Shown one piece after another: positions 1 through 9,067 of a stretch of 64,000 bases of DNA. Each line of letters opens with the position of its first letter. The stretch's first letter is position 1. The DNA is taken from NCBI GenBank assembly GCA_965247095.1, contig OZ251997.1:160001-224000 (forward strand). Reading direction: 5' to 3'. Under the pieces are notes generated by a model. The model was given only the letters and a program-made list of their open reading frames with translations, was not told the origin of the DNA and searched no databases. Made by a program: the position numbers and the translations under genes. Source of the stretch: Candidatus Multivorans sp. (GTDB lineage Bacteria > Acidobacteriota > Thermoanaerobaculia > Multivoradales > Multivoraceae).

Positions 1-500
1 TTCAGCTTGATCTTCCTGTAGCCGGCGGCAAGCGCCGTCTCGGCCTTCGCCGCCAGTTCCTCGGGCGAGCTCTGTATGCCGATCGAGATGCCGGTGCCGA
101 TCCGCTTCCGGGTGCCCCCGAGCAACGACGAAAGGCTGCGCCCGGCCTTGGTCGCGGCCAGCGCCCAGGCGCCCATCTCGATCGCGGCCTGTGCCATTTC
201 GTGGCCGCGCAGGTCCTCCGACAGAGCCTCGGACACCTGCTGAGGCGTTTCGAAGCGCCGGCCGAGCACCCGTGGCGCGAGCCAGGCGCGGATCGCCAGC
301 GTCGCGGTGTCGATGCTCTCCGGCGAGTAGTTCGGGAAGTCGCCGGCGACGCACTCCGACCAGGTCGAGGCGCCGTCCGCGTCGACGAGTTCCAGCAGCA
401 AGATGCGGCGGGTGGTCGTGACTCCGGAGGAGATCCGGAAGGGCTCCACCAGCGGCAGCCGGATCTCGCGCAGGGTGATGGTCTCGATCTGCAGGCTCAC
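1..500 (-). CDS. menC: o-succinylbenzoate synthase / N-succinylamino acid racemase (enolase superfamily), 3' end outside the window
   Basis: Manual minus-strand translation from GTG at 500: MSLQIETITLREIRLPLVEPFRISSG...AAIEMGAWAL...GISIGIQ...GYRKIKL (KxK catalytic motif at the edge); overlaps the stop of the upstream GNAT gene. Confidence 0.85.
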   Translation of the reverse strand, partial: MSLQIETITLREIRLPLVEPFRISSGVTTTRRILLLELVDADGASTWSECVAGDFPNYSPESIDTATLAIRAWLAPRVLGRRFETPQQVSEALSEDLRGHEMAQAAIEMGAWALAATKAGRSLSSLLGGTRKRIGTGISIGIQSSPEELAAKAETALAAGYRKIKL

Positions 501-1309
501 TTGGCCTCCGTGGGTTCCAGCCGATAGTAGTAGCGGCGTTGGCCGGCGCCGTCTTCTCGCCAGGTGAGTCCGGTCACGCTGTAGCCGGCCTCCAGGTGCA
601 CCTGGAACGCCGCCCGAGTCCGGCGCCGCCAGTCGAAGGCAACCTCGGGCGACGAATGCAGGATCGAGCCGATGTTCGGCGGCACCTCGACCCACGCCGT
701 CTCCGGCAGCGTCTCGTCCACGGGAAAGGGCGGCGCGGCCCGGGTCGGCGTGGCTGCCGGCGCACCAGTGATCAGCCAATCCACCCGTGAACTCAGAATC
801 GGCCACGCGACGACGAAACGGTCCGTGCCGAGTCCGCTGTGGAGCACGCTGCCCGTGTCCTCGCCGTACATGTTCACGACGTACTCGACCGGCAGCGCGC
901 CGAGCCGGTTCAGGTTCAGGTTCGCATTGCGCGCCACCAGGGGGTCGTACGTCCAGTAGACCGTCTCGACGCCGAGCGGCAGCAGGAGTTCGCGCTGGAA
1001 GACCTTGAGTTCGCGCCCCAGCCCGCGGCCCCGCGCCTCGCGCGTCACCGCCAGCATGTGCGACCAGTGGGCGCGGCACCCGTACCGGAAGCCGCTCAGG
1101 CCGTAGAGAAAGCCGAGCATCCGGTCGTTTTCGTCGAACGCTCCGACGAGAACGCCGCCCATCTTCTGCGAGATCATCAGGATCGTCGACGGCACCGTGT
1201 CCTCGAAGCGGGTGCCCCAGGTCTGGCGCTGGAGATCGATCACCGCTTCGTAGTCGGCGTCGGAGTTGAGACTTCGGAGTTCGATGCCGCCCGGAAGCTG
1301 CTTGCGCAT
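497..1309 (-). CDS. GNAT acyltransferase, D-amino-acid N-succinyltransferase-like
   Basis: HWSHMLAV..RGRGLGRELK and YWTYDPLVARNANLNLNRLGA motifs; coupled to the NSAR/OSBS gene. Confidence 0.8.
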   Translation of the reverse strand: MRKQLPGGIELRSLNSDADYEAVIDLQRQTWGTRFEDTVPSTILMISQKMGGVLVGAFDENDRMLGFLYGLSGFRYGCRAHWSHMLAVTREARGRGLGRELKVFQRELLLPLGVETVYWTYDPLVARNANLNLNRLGALPVEYVVNMYGEDTGSVLHSGLGTDRFVVAWPILSSRVDWLITGAPAATPTRAAPPFPVDETLPETAWVEVPPNIGSILHSSPEVAFDWRRRTRAAFQVHLEAGYSVTGLTWREDGAGQRRYYYRLEPTEAK

Positions 1310-1353
1310 GGTGGGTGATCGTACAGCGGCCCGAGGCGGAGTAGTTTAGGTGG

Positions 1354-2157
1354 GTGCCCGGAGACGACCTCGGCCGGAAGTTCGCGACGGTTCGGTCGGG
1401 ATCGGCCGACCTCGCGCTGGACCAGGTTCTCGAGCGGCTTCGGAGACGGGATGAAGTCGTCGCGGTCGTCCTGATCGGATCCACGGCCGGTCGGCTCCAG
1501 GAATGGAGCGACATCGATCTGCTCGTCGTGCTCGTGGAAGGGCCGGACTTCGATCTGGAGTTTGCGACGATCGATGGCCGACCGGCGGACATCGTGTTCA
1601 CGAACCCCAAACAGATTCGGCGGCTAGCCGATGCCAGCACGGAACCTGAGGGCCGGCTGGCGGACCTGAACACATGGATCGGCGCCGGGCGAATCGTGCT
1701 CAGCCGCAATGTGGACGCGTACCGGGCGTTGGAAGCGGCCGCCAGCCGTGGTCCCCGGCGCGCGAGCCACCGCGAGCAGTTCTTCAGGTGGGTCGAGCTG
1801 AACGTCAATCTGATCAAGCTCGAGCGCTATCTGGCGGCCGGCACGCCGGAGCACCTCGAAGCTCTACACCTCATGCTGGACCAGGCGTTCGCCGCCCTTC
1901 CGCAGGATGCTCTCGTTCTGGGGGGAACCGGCTGGACGGGTGAGCGCGCGGCGCTGCAGGAGTTGCGCGGCAACGGCGGACAGATCCTCCAGGCGATCGA
2001 GGCGGGTCGGGCCGAGCCCGACGCGGCGCGCCGGCTGGCTATCTACCGGTCAGTTGCTTGCAGAGCAGCGGAACGCGCGGGCGGCGTCTGGGCGGCAGGG
2101 CAGACCGCCGGAGGGTGGGTGCTCGAAGGCGACGGGACAACCGTGAACAGCCGGTAG
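1354..2157 (+). CDS. Nucleotidyltransferase-domain protein (Pol beta superfamily)
   Basis: LIGS-x-SDIDLLVV motif at the N-terminus, helical C-terminus. Confidence 0.7.
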   Translation: MPGDDLGRKFATVRSGSADLALDQVLERLRRRDEVVAVVLIGSTAGRLQEWSDIDLLVVLVEGPDFDLEFATIDGRPADIVFTNPKQIRRLADASTEPEGRLADLNTWIGAGRIVLSRNVDAYRALEAAASRGPRRASHREQFFRWVELNVNLIKLERYLAAGTPEHLEALHLMLDQAFAALPQDALVLGGTGWTGERAALQELRGNGGQILQAIEAGRAEPDAARRLAIYRSVACRAAERAGGVWAAGQTAGGWVLEGDGTTVNSR

Positions 2158-2171
2158 GAGGACCTGTTGAA

Positions 2172-2405
2172 ATGACGTTCTGGAAGAGAACGCAGCTTCT
2201 GCGACAGTCGATCGGCGGGACGCTCATTGCCGCGCTGAGCGGCGTGAGGGTGGGCTGGCGGTTTTGCGAGAACCAGCTCGACTCGCAGTTCTGGGGTGCG
2301 GTGGTCCTGTTGATGCTCGGCGTGGCGATGACTGTTCAGGCGGTTCTGAAGATGGAACCCAAGCGCGACGGGCCGGTGAACGGGCATGGGGAAGGAAGCG
2401 GGTGA
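2172..2405 (+). CDS. Small membrane protein
   Basis: ATG 2172 after AGGAGG; two hydrophobic segments; GTGA overlap with the next gene. Confidence 0.5.
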   Translation: MTFWKRTQLLRQSIGGTLIAALSGVRVGWRFCENQLDSQFWGAVVLLMLGVAMTVQAVLKMEPKRDGPVNGHGEGSG

Positions 2406-4285
2406 CAGAACGTCGCAAGAAGTACCTCCGGTTCGCCTATCCGATCCTCGGCGTGTTTTGGCTGTGGTTCGGTTGGTCGGCCGGGGAGCGGTCTGACCCG
2501 ATGGCAATGTGGGCCGCTCTTGCCGCGGGTGTCGTGCATCTGGCCGCTGGTGTTCACTTTGAGTGGAAGATCAGGCGGGACAGGAGGCTGGCGGAGCTGA
2601 GGGCGGAGGAGGGCGACGACGACAGTAGTGCCGGACACTGGTGGGCCGGAGACGAGTCTCAACGGGAGCTGGGCAGTGGGGCGGCCGCTTTACCCACGGG
2701 GAACGGCCCGACTGGCGGCAGGAGAGGGTTGTTCGCATTGATCCTGACCGTGGTCCGCCTCCGCGGTCTGGCCGGCTGGCGCAAGGCGCTGAGCGAGAAG
2801 GGGAAGCTGGTCTTCGGCGTCCTGGTGGCCGGATTCCTGATCGTGAACTACACGTTCAGCCTGAGGAGCATGGAGGAAGCGCCGTTCGAGAACTCGCCCG
2901 TGGACATTCTGTTCGTGTTCATGTCGTTCTTCGTCCTGCTGACGATGCTTCAGATGGCGCCTCTGGCGCAGTGGTTCAGCCGGCAGCAGGGGGCGAAGTT
3001 CGGGCTCACGGTTGGACGGCGTACGGCCCTGACGGTGGGCACGAACCTGGTTGGTCTGGCGATGGTTCTGGTGTTGCTGAACGAGTCCCTGGCGCTGGTG
3101 TTCTCGGGGGCCGGCTGGCCCCGGGGAGCGGAATGGGTGTTCGAGGGCATGGATGTGGTCTGCGCCGTGGCGGCTCTGGTTGCGGCCGCCCCGCTGGGAG
3201 CCGTGATCCTGGGCGCTCGTGGGGGCAGGCGTTGGCTCGGAGCTGGACTCGGGCTCGTGCTCCTCGGTGTGCTCGGCGCGAGCGCGGTGGAGCCGCTGTG
3301 GGCTGGTGCCGATCTGTGGGCGAAGGCGGCTGTGAGCGGTGGGCGGCTTGTCCTCCTCCTGGCCTTGGTGACCGGAGCCTTCGCGTTGGAGCAGCGCAGC
3401 CCTGACGATCGGGGCGCGAAGACGAAGAAGCGTGGTCGCCGGCAGGCGGAAGAAGATGCGCCGGCCGGGAAGCGGCCCGGCTGGGCAGCGCTGCGGCGGC
3501 GCACCGCGGCCTTGGATCGTGCGCCCGCGGGTATCTTGTCCCTGCCTACGTTCGTCGTGGCGCTGGCGGAAGCGCGGATGATGCTCCGCTTCCGGCAGGT
3601 GCGCCTGAACCTGGTCTTCAGTTGGTTGATGCCGGTGTTGATGTCGATCGTCCTTCGCACGAGGGAACTGCCGGACGACGGGACGGCGGTCGGGCAGTTC
3701 GGGTTGTGGATGGCGGCCGGCCTCGCGGCCTTCCTCTCGGCGTTCTGGATCGCCTTCTTCGCCAACCTGCTTGGATTCACGGCGGACGGCGCCCGGCGGC
3801 TCTCGATGTCGGCCGAGCGGGCGCTCGCCGCCTGCATGCCCGGCAAGGTGCTGGGCGCCCTCGGCGTGGTCGGTGGTCTCGTGTTCGCGCAGACGGCGGT
3901 GGTGATTGTGCTGCTGGCCGACCAGATTTCGCCGGCCGACCGGGCGATTCCGTTCTTCGTGGCCGCGTTCTCGTTGCTCGGTCTGGCCGGCGGTGGAACG
4001 GTGGTCTCGATCTGGCAGCCCAGGAAGCCGAAGCTGCACGAGCAGCGCGACTTCTACTGCAGCGTGCTGGCAATGGCGGTGCTCGGGTGTGGGTGGCTGT
4101 TTCAGGTGGCGATCTTCGGCAGCGCGCTGGTTGCGGCGCGACTGCTCGGCGGCCCGGGGGTCGCCATGGTGACGGCGACGGTGCTGCTGCTGTTCGCGGC
4201 GGCAGGATGTGCGGCCCTGGTGGCCGTGTTGGCGAAGGGCGACTGGCTGCGTCGGCGGCTGAGGGAGTGGGCGGTGACGATATGA
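2402..4285 (+). CDS. Multi-pass membrane protein, putative ABC exporter permease
   Basis: More than 12 hydrophobic segments; ATGA overlap with the ABC ATPase; start uncertain. Confidence 0.65.
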   Translation: MTERRKKYLRFAYPILGVFWLWFGWSAGERSDPMAMWAALAAGVVHLAAGVHFEWKIRRDRRLAELRAEEGDDDSSAGHWWAGDESQRELGSGAAALPTGNGPTGGRRGLFALILTVVRLRGLAGWRKALSEKGKLVFGVLVAGFLIVNYTFSLRSMEEAPFENSPVDILFVFMSFFVLLTMLQMAPLAQWFSRQQGAKFGLTVGRRTALTVGTNLVGLAMVLVLLNESLALVFSGAGWPRGAEWVFEGMDVVCAVAALVAAAPLGAVILGARGGRRWLGAGLGLVLLGVLGASAVEPLWAGADLWAKAAVSGGRLVLLLALVTGAFALEQRSPDDRGAKTKKRGRRQAEEDAPAGKRPGWAALRRRTAALDRAPAGILSLPTFVVALAEARMMLRFRQVRLNLVFSWLMPVLMSIVLRTRELPDDGTAVGQFGLWMAAGLAAFLSAFWIAFFANLLGFTADGARRLSMSAERALAACMPGKVLGALGVVGGLVFAQTAVVIVLLADQISPADRAIPFFVAAFSLLGLAGGGTVVSIWQPRKPKLHEQRDFYCSVLAMAVLGCGWLFQVAIFGSALVAARLLGGPGVAMVTATVLLLFAAAGCAALVAVLAKGDWLRRRLREWAVTI

Positions 4286-5004
4286 CAACGATGTTGTGGC
4301 TCGATTCGGTCAGCAAGTCCTACGGCGATCTGGAAGTTCTGCGCTCGGTGAACCTGCAGATCGGGTCCGGTGTGCAGTGCCTGGTGGGGCGGAACGGCGC
4401 GGGCAAGACGACGCTGATGCGCCTCGGCCTCGGTTTGACCGAGCCGAACGGCGGCACGGTCCGGATGTTCGGGTTCGATCCGCGCCTCCATCCGGAGATC
4501 ATGGCCAAGGTCGGCATCCTGCTCGAGGAGGACGAACTCTTCGATTTCCTGCGGCCGCTCGAGTTCCTGGACTACTGCGCCGCCCTGTACGGCCTGGACG
4601 CCGGCGCGGCGCGCGGTCGTGCGCTCGATCTCCTGGAGACGCTCGAGGTCCCCACCTCCGGCCGGCTGTGCCACCAGCTTTCGACCGGCAATCGCCGGCA
4701 GCTGGCTCTCGCCGCGGCGCTGTTGCACGAACCGGAGTTGCTGATTCTGGACGAGCCGTTCAGCGGCCTCGACCCGGTCGCGGTCGCGCGGTTGTGCCGA
4801 ATGCTGCGGGACTTCGCCGCCGACGGTCGCGGGGTTCTGCTGTCGTCGCACCGCCTCGAACTCGTCGAGGAGATCGCGGACCAGGTCTACTTCGTGGCCG
4901 ACCGCGCGGTGACTCCGTGGTCGGCGGAGCGCGTCAAGGCCTGGTACGACGAACTACGGGCTGTCGGCGCAGGCGAGCGGCCTCAGGTCGAGGCCACCGA
5001 CTGA
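4282..5004 (+). CDS. ABC transporter ATP-binding protein
   Basis: Walker A GRNGAGKTT, signature-like LSTGNRR, Walker B LILDEP, H-loop SSH. Confidence 0.92.
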   Translation: MTTMLWLDSVSKSYGDLEVLRSVNLQIGSGVQCLVGRNGAGKTTLMRLGLGLTEPNGGTVRMFGFDPRLHPEIMAKVGILLEEDELFDFLRPLEFLDYCAALYGLDAGAARGRALDLLETLEVPTSGRLCHQLSTGNRRQLALAAALLHEPELLILDEPFSGLDPVAVARLCRMLRDFAADGRGVLLSSHRLELVEEIADQVYFVADRAVTPWSAERVKAWYDELRAVGAGERPQVEATD

Positions 5005-5005
5005 G

Positions 5006-6436
5006 CTACCCGACGGCCGCCTGCTGGAAGGCCCGGGCGCGGAACAGGAAGTCGATGATGTTCCCTTCGTGGGGCTGCAGCCAGTTGAGCTGAATCGTCG
5101 GCACGGGCCCCAGGTTCAGGCGGTCGACGTGGGTGGCGTCGATCAGTTGCCGGCGCCAGCGCTCGTCGTTCGTGATTGCGCTGCACACCAGGGTGCCGCC
5201 GATCGAGGCAAGCATCTTGTCCTGCGGGCATTCGACGACGGAGACGAAGGGGAACATGTACTCGACGTTCGCGGCCTCCACCTCGGCGTCCGCGCAGTGG
5301 AGCACGGTCGGCAGCAGGTAGTCGCAGCGGCCGCGCGCGTCGAGCCGTCCGTTGCCGCGCAGCTCCGACGTGAAGTCGCGTACGCCGGGGGCGTCGACCT
5401 GCCGCTCGATCATGCCGTCGATGGCCTTCGCCATGCCCGGCACGGTGAAGGCGGCCAGCGGCGATTCCGGGTCGTCGGCCGCCTTCGGCAGCACCGGCGC
5501 CAGCCGCTCGGCGAGAGCCTGGGCGATCTCTTCCGTGTGGCGCGAGGCCCAGACGCCGGAGCAGGAGATGCAGCTCCGGCCGCTGTTGACGAGCACGCTG
5601 TCGACCATCACGTCGAGATACTTCTCCCAGTCGTCGACGACATCGTCGCCGAGCAGGATCTTGCTGAAGCCGGGGCCGTGGGGCTGGACCCGGGGGTCGT
5701 TCTGATAGCGGGCGACGGTGGCCGCGCCGCCGAAGATCATGCTTCGGGAGCAGGAGGCGAGAACGGCCGCGCCGATGTCGCCTTCGCCCGGGTAGATCGA
5801 GATGGCTTCCCTCGGCACGCCGGCCTGTGCGAACGCCTCGGTCATCCGGTACGGGGTCCAGGGTTCCTGGGGGCCCGGCTTGAAGACGAGGCCGACCTGG
5901 AGCGGAATGACCGGCATCCACAGCGTGTGCACGCCCGGGGAGTTCGAGGGCAGCACGAGGCCGATCACCGGTGCCTGCGCCTGGTAGCTCACCGGTACGC
6001 CACGCTCCTCGACGCCGTGGCCCCGGCCGAGGATGTCGAGGTCGAGACCGCGGGTGAGAGCGTCCAGGACCTCGCCCATGTGCGTGAGCACGAAGTGGTT
6101 CTTGTCCATGTTCGCCCGGCACATGTGCTCGGGCAGGCCGGTGGTGGCCGACTGGTAGTGGACGAAGTCCGCGGGAGACTGGGTGCCGTTCCCCAGCGGC
6201 AGGTCCGCGGTCAGGTAGAGGTCGGCGGCCCTGGTCACCATCGAGATCAGCTCATGCGACGGGATCTCCCGCAGGATGTCGCGGGCGTGCTGGGCGCGGC
6301 GCATATCGCGCTGGACCAGGCCGGGGTTGCTCTGGTGGAGCGCCGCCAGCTCCTCGCCGGTCTCGAAATGGACGATCGTCGCCTTCTCGAGCGACTCGTA
6401 GGGCTTGCCCCAGCGGATGGCGGGAATGTCGATCAT
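5006..6436 (-). CDS. Aldehyde dehydrogenase-fold acyl reductase (EhpG/LuxC-like)
   Basis: LPSNSPGVH, catalytic Cys in NSGRSC, EYMFP; HGPGFSK replaces the usual ELGGK. Confidence 0.8.
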   Translation of the reverse strand: MIDIPAIRWGKPYESLEKATIVHFETGEELAALHQSNPGLVQRDMRRAQHARDILREIPSHELISMVTRAADLYLTADLPLGNGTQSPADFVHYQSATTGLPEHMCRANMDKNHFVLTHMGEVLDALTRGLDLDILGRGHGVEERGVPVSYQAQAPVIGLVLPSNSPGVHTLWMPVIPLQVGLVFKPGPQEPWTPYRMTEAFAQAGVPREAISIYPGEGDIGAAVLASCSRSMIFGGAATVARYQNDPRVQPHGPGFSKILLGDDVVDDWEKYLDVMVDSVLVNSGRSCISCSGVWASRHTEEIAQALAERLAPVLPKAADDPESPLAAFTVPGMAKAIDGMIERQVDAPGVRDFTSELRGNGRLDARGRCDYLLPTVLHCADAEVEAANVEYMFPFVSVVECPQDKMLASIGGTLVCSAITNDERWRRQLIDATHVDRLNLGPVPTIQLNWLQPHEGNIIDFLFRARAFQQAAVG

Positions 6437-6543
6437 TCGGGGTACCTGTAGCCGGTCCGCAGGGGGGGCGGAGGAGTGGTCGAAAGCAGCGGCGGAAGAG
6501 GCGGAATCGTAACACCGGGAACCTGCAACCGGACCGGCCCTGC

Positions 6544-6637
6544 GCGCCGGATGCGGGCAAGATGCCCGCGTTCCCAGGCCCAGAGGCTGCATCGTCCTGC
6601 GGTGCGCCGGATGCGGCAGGATGCCCGCGTTCCCAGG
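6544..6637 (+). repeat. Two REP-like palindromic repeats (GCGCCGGATGCGGGCnnGAyGCCCGCGTTCCCAGG)
   Basis: Copies at 6544-6578 and 6604-6637; the same motif occurs at about 29760, 50664 and 55054. Confidence 0.8.
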
Positions 6638-6663
6638 GGTGCCGGCTGTTAGCCTAAGCGCCG

Positions 6664-7227
6664 ATGGAGGATCGGCGGACCGTTCTCAAGTCGGCCCTGG
6701 CCCTGGGCCTGGGCGTGCGCGGCCTCGATGTGCTTCACGCGCAGGCGGACGATCCCCGCAAGGCCCGGCCGCAGGAGGGCGACCGGTTCGTGTTCGCCTT
6801 CGGACCGCGCCAGGGCGAGGCGGTCCAGGCCGCCGACGTGCCGCTCGCGAGCGAACAACTCATCTGCTACGCGATGGACCCGGTGAGCGGAGCGGTCCGG
6901 GACGGTTCCCGTCTGAACCAGGTCCTGCTGCTGCGCTTCGAACCGGAGTCGCTGTCGCCCGAAACCAGGGAGGCTTCCGCCGAGGGGGTGGTCGCCTACT
7001 CGGGGGTCTGCACCCATACCGGTTGCGACATCGAGGATTGGTCCCAGGAAACGGAGTTCCTCATCTGTCCGTGCCACGACTCGGAATTCGACCCCCGCTA
7101 CCGCGCCGAAGTGATCTCCGGACCGGCGCCGCGGCGGCTGCCGTCGCTGCCGCTTCGCTCGGAGGACGGCGTGCTCGTGGCCGCCGGCGGTTTCAGCGCC
7201 AAGATCCGGTTCCAGAAGGAGTTCTGA
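6664..7227 (+). CDS. Tat-exported Rieske [2Fe-2S] protein (QcrA-like)
   Basis: DRRTVLK twin-arginine leader; CTHTGC and CPCHDSEF boxes. Confidence 0.9.
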   Translation: MEDRRTVLKSALALGLGVRGLDVLHAQADDPRKARPQEGDRFVFAFGPRQGEAVQAADVPLASEQLICYAMDPVSGAVRDGSRLNQVLLLRFEPESLSPETREASAEGVVAYSGVCTHTGCDIEDWSQETEFLICPCHDSEFDPRYRAEVISGPAPRRLPSLPLRSEDGVLVAAGGFSAKIRFQKEF

Positions 7228-7229
7228 CG

Positions 7230-8942
7230 ATGGCCTACCGGCAAGCAATCCTCCGATGTGGAGCCGCCTGGCTCGCGCTTGGTGCGGCGCTCGCGCCCGC
7301 GGCGGCTCAGGAGCGCGGCTATCGCCCGGTGACCCAGGAGCGGCTCTTGTCGCCAGAGCCCGGGAACTGGCTCATGTACCGGCGTACCTACGACGGCTGG
7401 GGTTACAGCCCGCTGGATCAGATCGACACCTCGAACGTCGCTTCGCTCGCCCCGGCCTGGACCTTCTCGACCAGCATCAACGAGGGCCATCAGTCGCCGC
7501 CGGTCGTCAACGACGGCACGCTCTTCGTCACCACTCCCGGAAGCCGCGTGCTGGCGCTCGACGCCCGGACGGGCGAGCTGCTGTGGCGCTTCGTGCCCGA
7601 ATTGCCGGAGGATCTCCAGCAGATGCACCCGACGAACCGAGGCGTCGCGCTGTGGGGAGACAAGGTGTTCGTGGCAACCGTCGACGCTCGCTTGATCGCG
7701 CTCGACGCGCGGACGGGGAAGGTGGCCTGGGAGACGGCGGTGGAGAACTACGCGCGCGGCTACTACATGACGCTGGCGCCGCTGGCGGTCGAGGGCAAGG
7801 TGATGGTCGGCGTCTCCGGCGGCGAGTGGGGTATTCGCGGCTTCGTCGCCGCCTACGACGCGGATACCGGCGATGAACTGTGGAAGACGTACACGATTCC
7901 CGGCCCGGGGGAACCCGGCCACGACAGTTGGCCCGGGGACACCTGGCGCACCGGCGGTGTCCCGGTCTGGGTCACCGGCACCTACGACCCGGAACTGCGC
8001 TTGACCTACTGGGGCACGGGCAACGGCGGCCCGTGGATGGGCGACGCCCGCCCCGGCGACAACCTGTACTCGACTTCCGTGCTGGCGCTCGACATCGACA
8101 CCGGCGAACTCAAGGCGCACCACCAGTACCACTGGAACGACAGTTGGGACTGGGACGAGGTCGATCCGCCGCTCCTGATCGATGTCGAGCGCGACGGCAG
8201 CACGCGCAAGGCGTTGGTCCATCCCGGTCGCAACGCCTACCTCTGGGTGCTGGAGCGGAGCAAGGACTCGATCGACTTCCTGGACGCGACGCGGTTCGTC
8301 TACCAGGACGTGTTCACGTCGATCGACCCCGAGACCGGGCGGCCCGAGTACGACCCGGCCAAGACGCCGGGCACCGGCCAGCGCGCCGTGTTCTGCCCGT
8401 CCTGGTCCGGCGGCAAGAACTGGCCTCCGGCCGCTTACAACCCGGACACGAAACTGCTCTACATCCCGGCCAACGAGTACACCTGCTCCTACCTCGAGGG
8501 CGTCGAGGAGGAGTACCGCCCGGGCCGTACCTTCATGGGCATGGACGGCGGCTTCGTGTCGCGCGAGGGCGCCGATCACTACGGCGAACTGCAGGCGTGG
8601 AACCTCGACACGCGGGAGAAGGCGTGGACGGTCGAGTTCGAGCGCCCACTCTGGGGGCCGGTGCTGACCACGTCCGGCGGTCTGGTGTTCATTGGCGGCA
8701 CCAGCGACCGCTACTTCCGGGCCTTCGATGCCGCGACCGGCGAGTTGCTGTGGCGCCAGCGGACGAACTCCGGGATCACGGGTGTGCCCACGTCCTTCGA
8801 GGTCGACGGCGTGCAGTACATCGCCGTGCAGTCGGGCTGGGGAGTCGACGCCCAGCGCGGCACCGACCACCTTGACGGTGCGATTGGCACGAAGACCTAC
8901 GTGCCCCAGGGCGGCGTGCTCTGGGTCTTCGCGCTGCCGTAG
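7230..8942 (+). CDS. PQQ-dependent dehydrogenase (alcohol dehydrogenase-like), periplasmic
   Basis: Signal peptide (AAAQ); NWLMYRRTYDGWGYSPLDQI, GGEWGIRG, YWGTGNG, WDWDE and GVQYIAV motifs. Confidence 0.92.
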   Translation: MAYRQAILRCGAAWLALGAALAPAAAQERGYRPVTQERLLSPEPGNWLMYRRTYDGWGYSPLDQIDTSNVASLAPAWTFSTSINEGHQSPPVVNDGTLFVTTPGSRVLALDARTGELLWRFVPELPEDLQQMHPTNRGVALWGDKVFVATVDARLIALDARTGKVAWETAVENYARGYYMTLAPLAVEGKVMVGVSGGEWGIRGFVAAYDADTGDELWKTYTIPGPGEPGHDSWPGDTWRTGGVPVWVTGTYDPELRLTYWGTGNGGPWMGDARPGDNLYSTSVLALDIDTGELKAHHQYHWNDSWDWDEVDPPLLIDVERDGSTRKALVHPGRNAYLWVLERSKDSIDFLDATRFVYQDVFTSIDPETGRPEYDPAKTPGTGQRAVFCPSWSGGKNWPPAAYNPDTKLLYIPANEYTCSYLEGVEEEYRPGRTFMGMDGGFVSREGADHYGELQAWNLDTREKAWTVEFERPLWGPVLTTSGGLVFIGGTSDRYFRAFDAATGELLWRQRTNSGITGVPTSFEVDGVQYIAVQSGWGVDAQRGTDHLDGAIGTKTYVPQGGVLWVFALP

Positions 8943-9067
8943 CCACCGTAGCCGGCGAAGTCCTGATCATTCGCGCGTGCGCGCGTTGCTGTAATCTGCC
9001 GCCGCGAAAGGAACTGCGACGCCGTTCCCCCGTCCACCCCTTGAACAAACTCGATTGGAGTCCGCAG

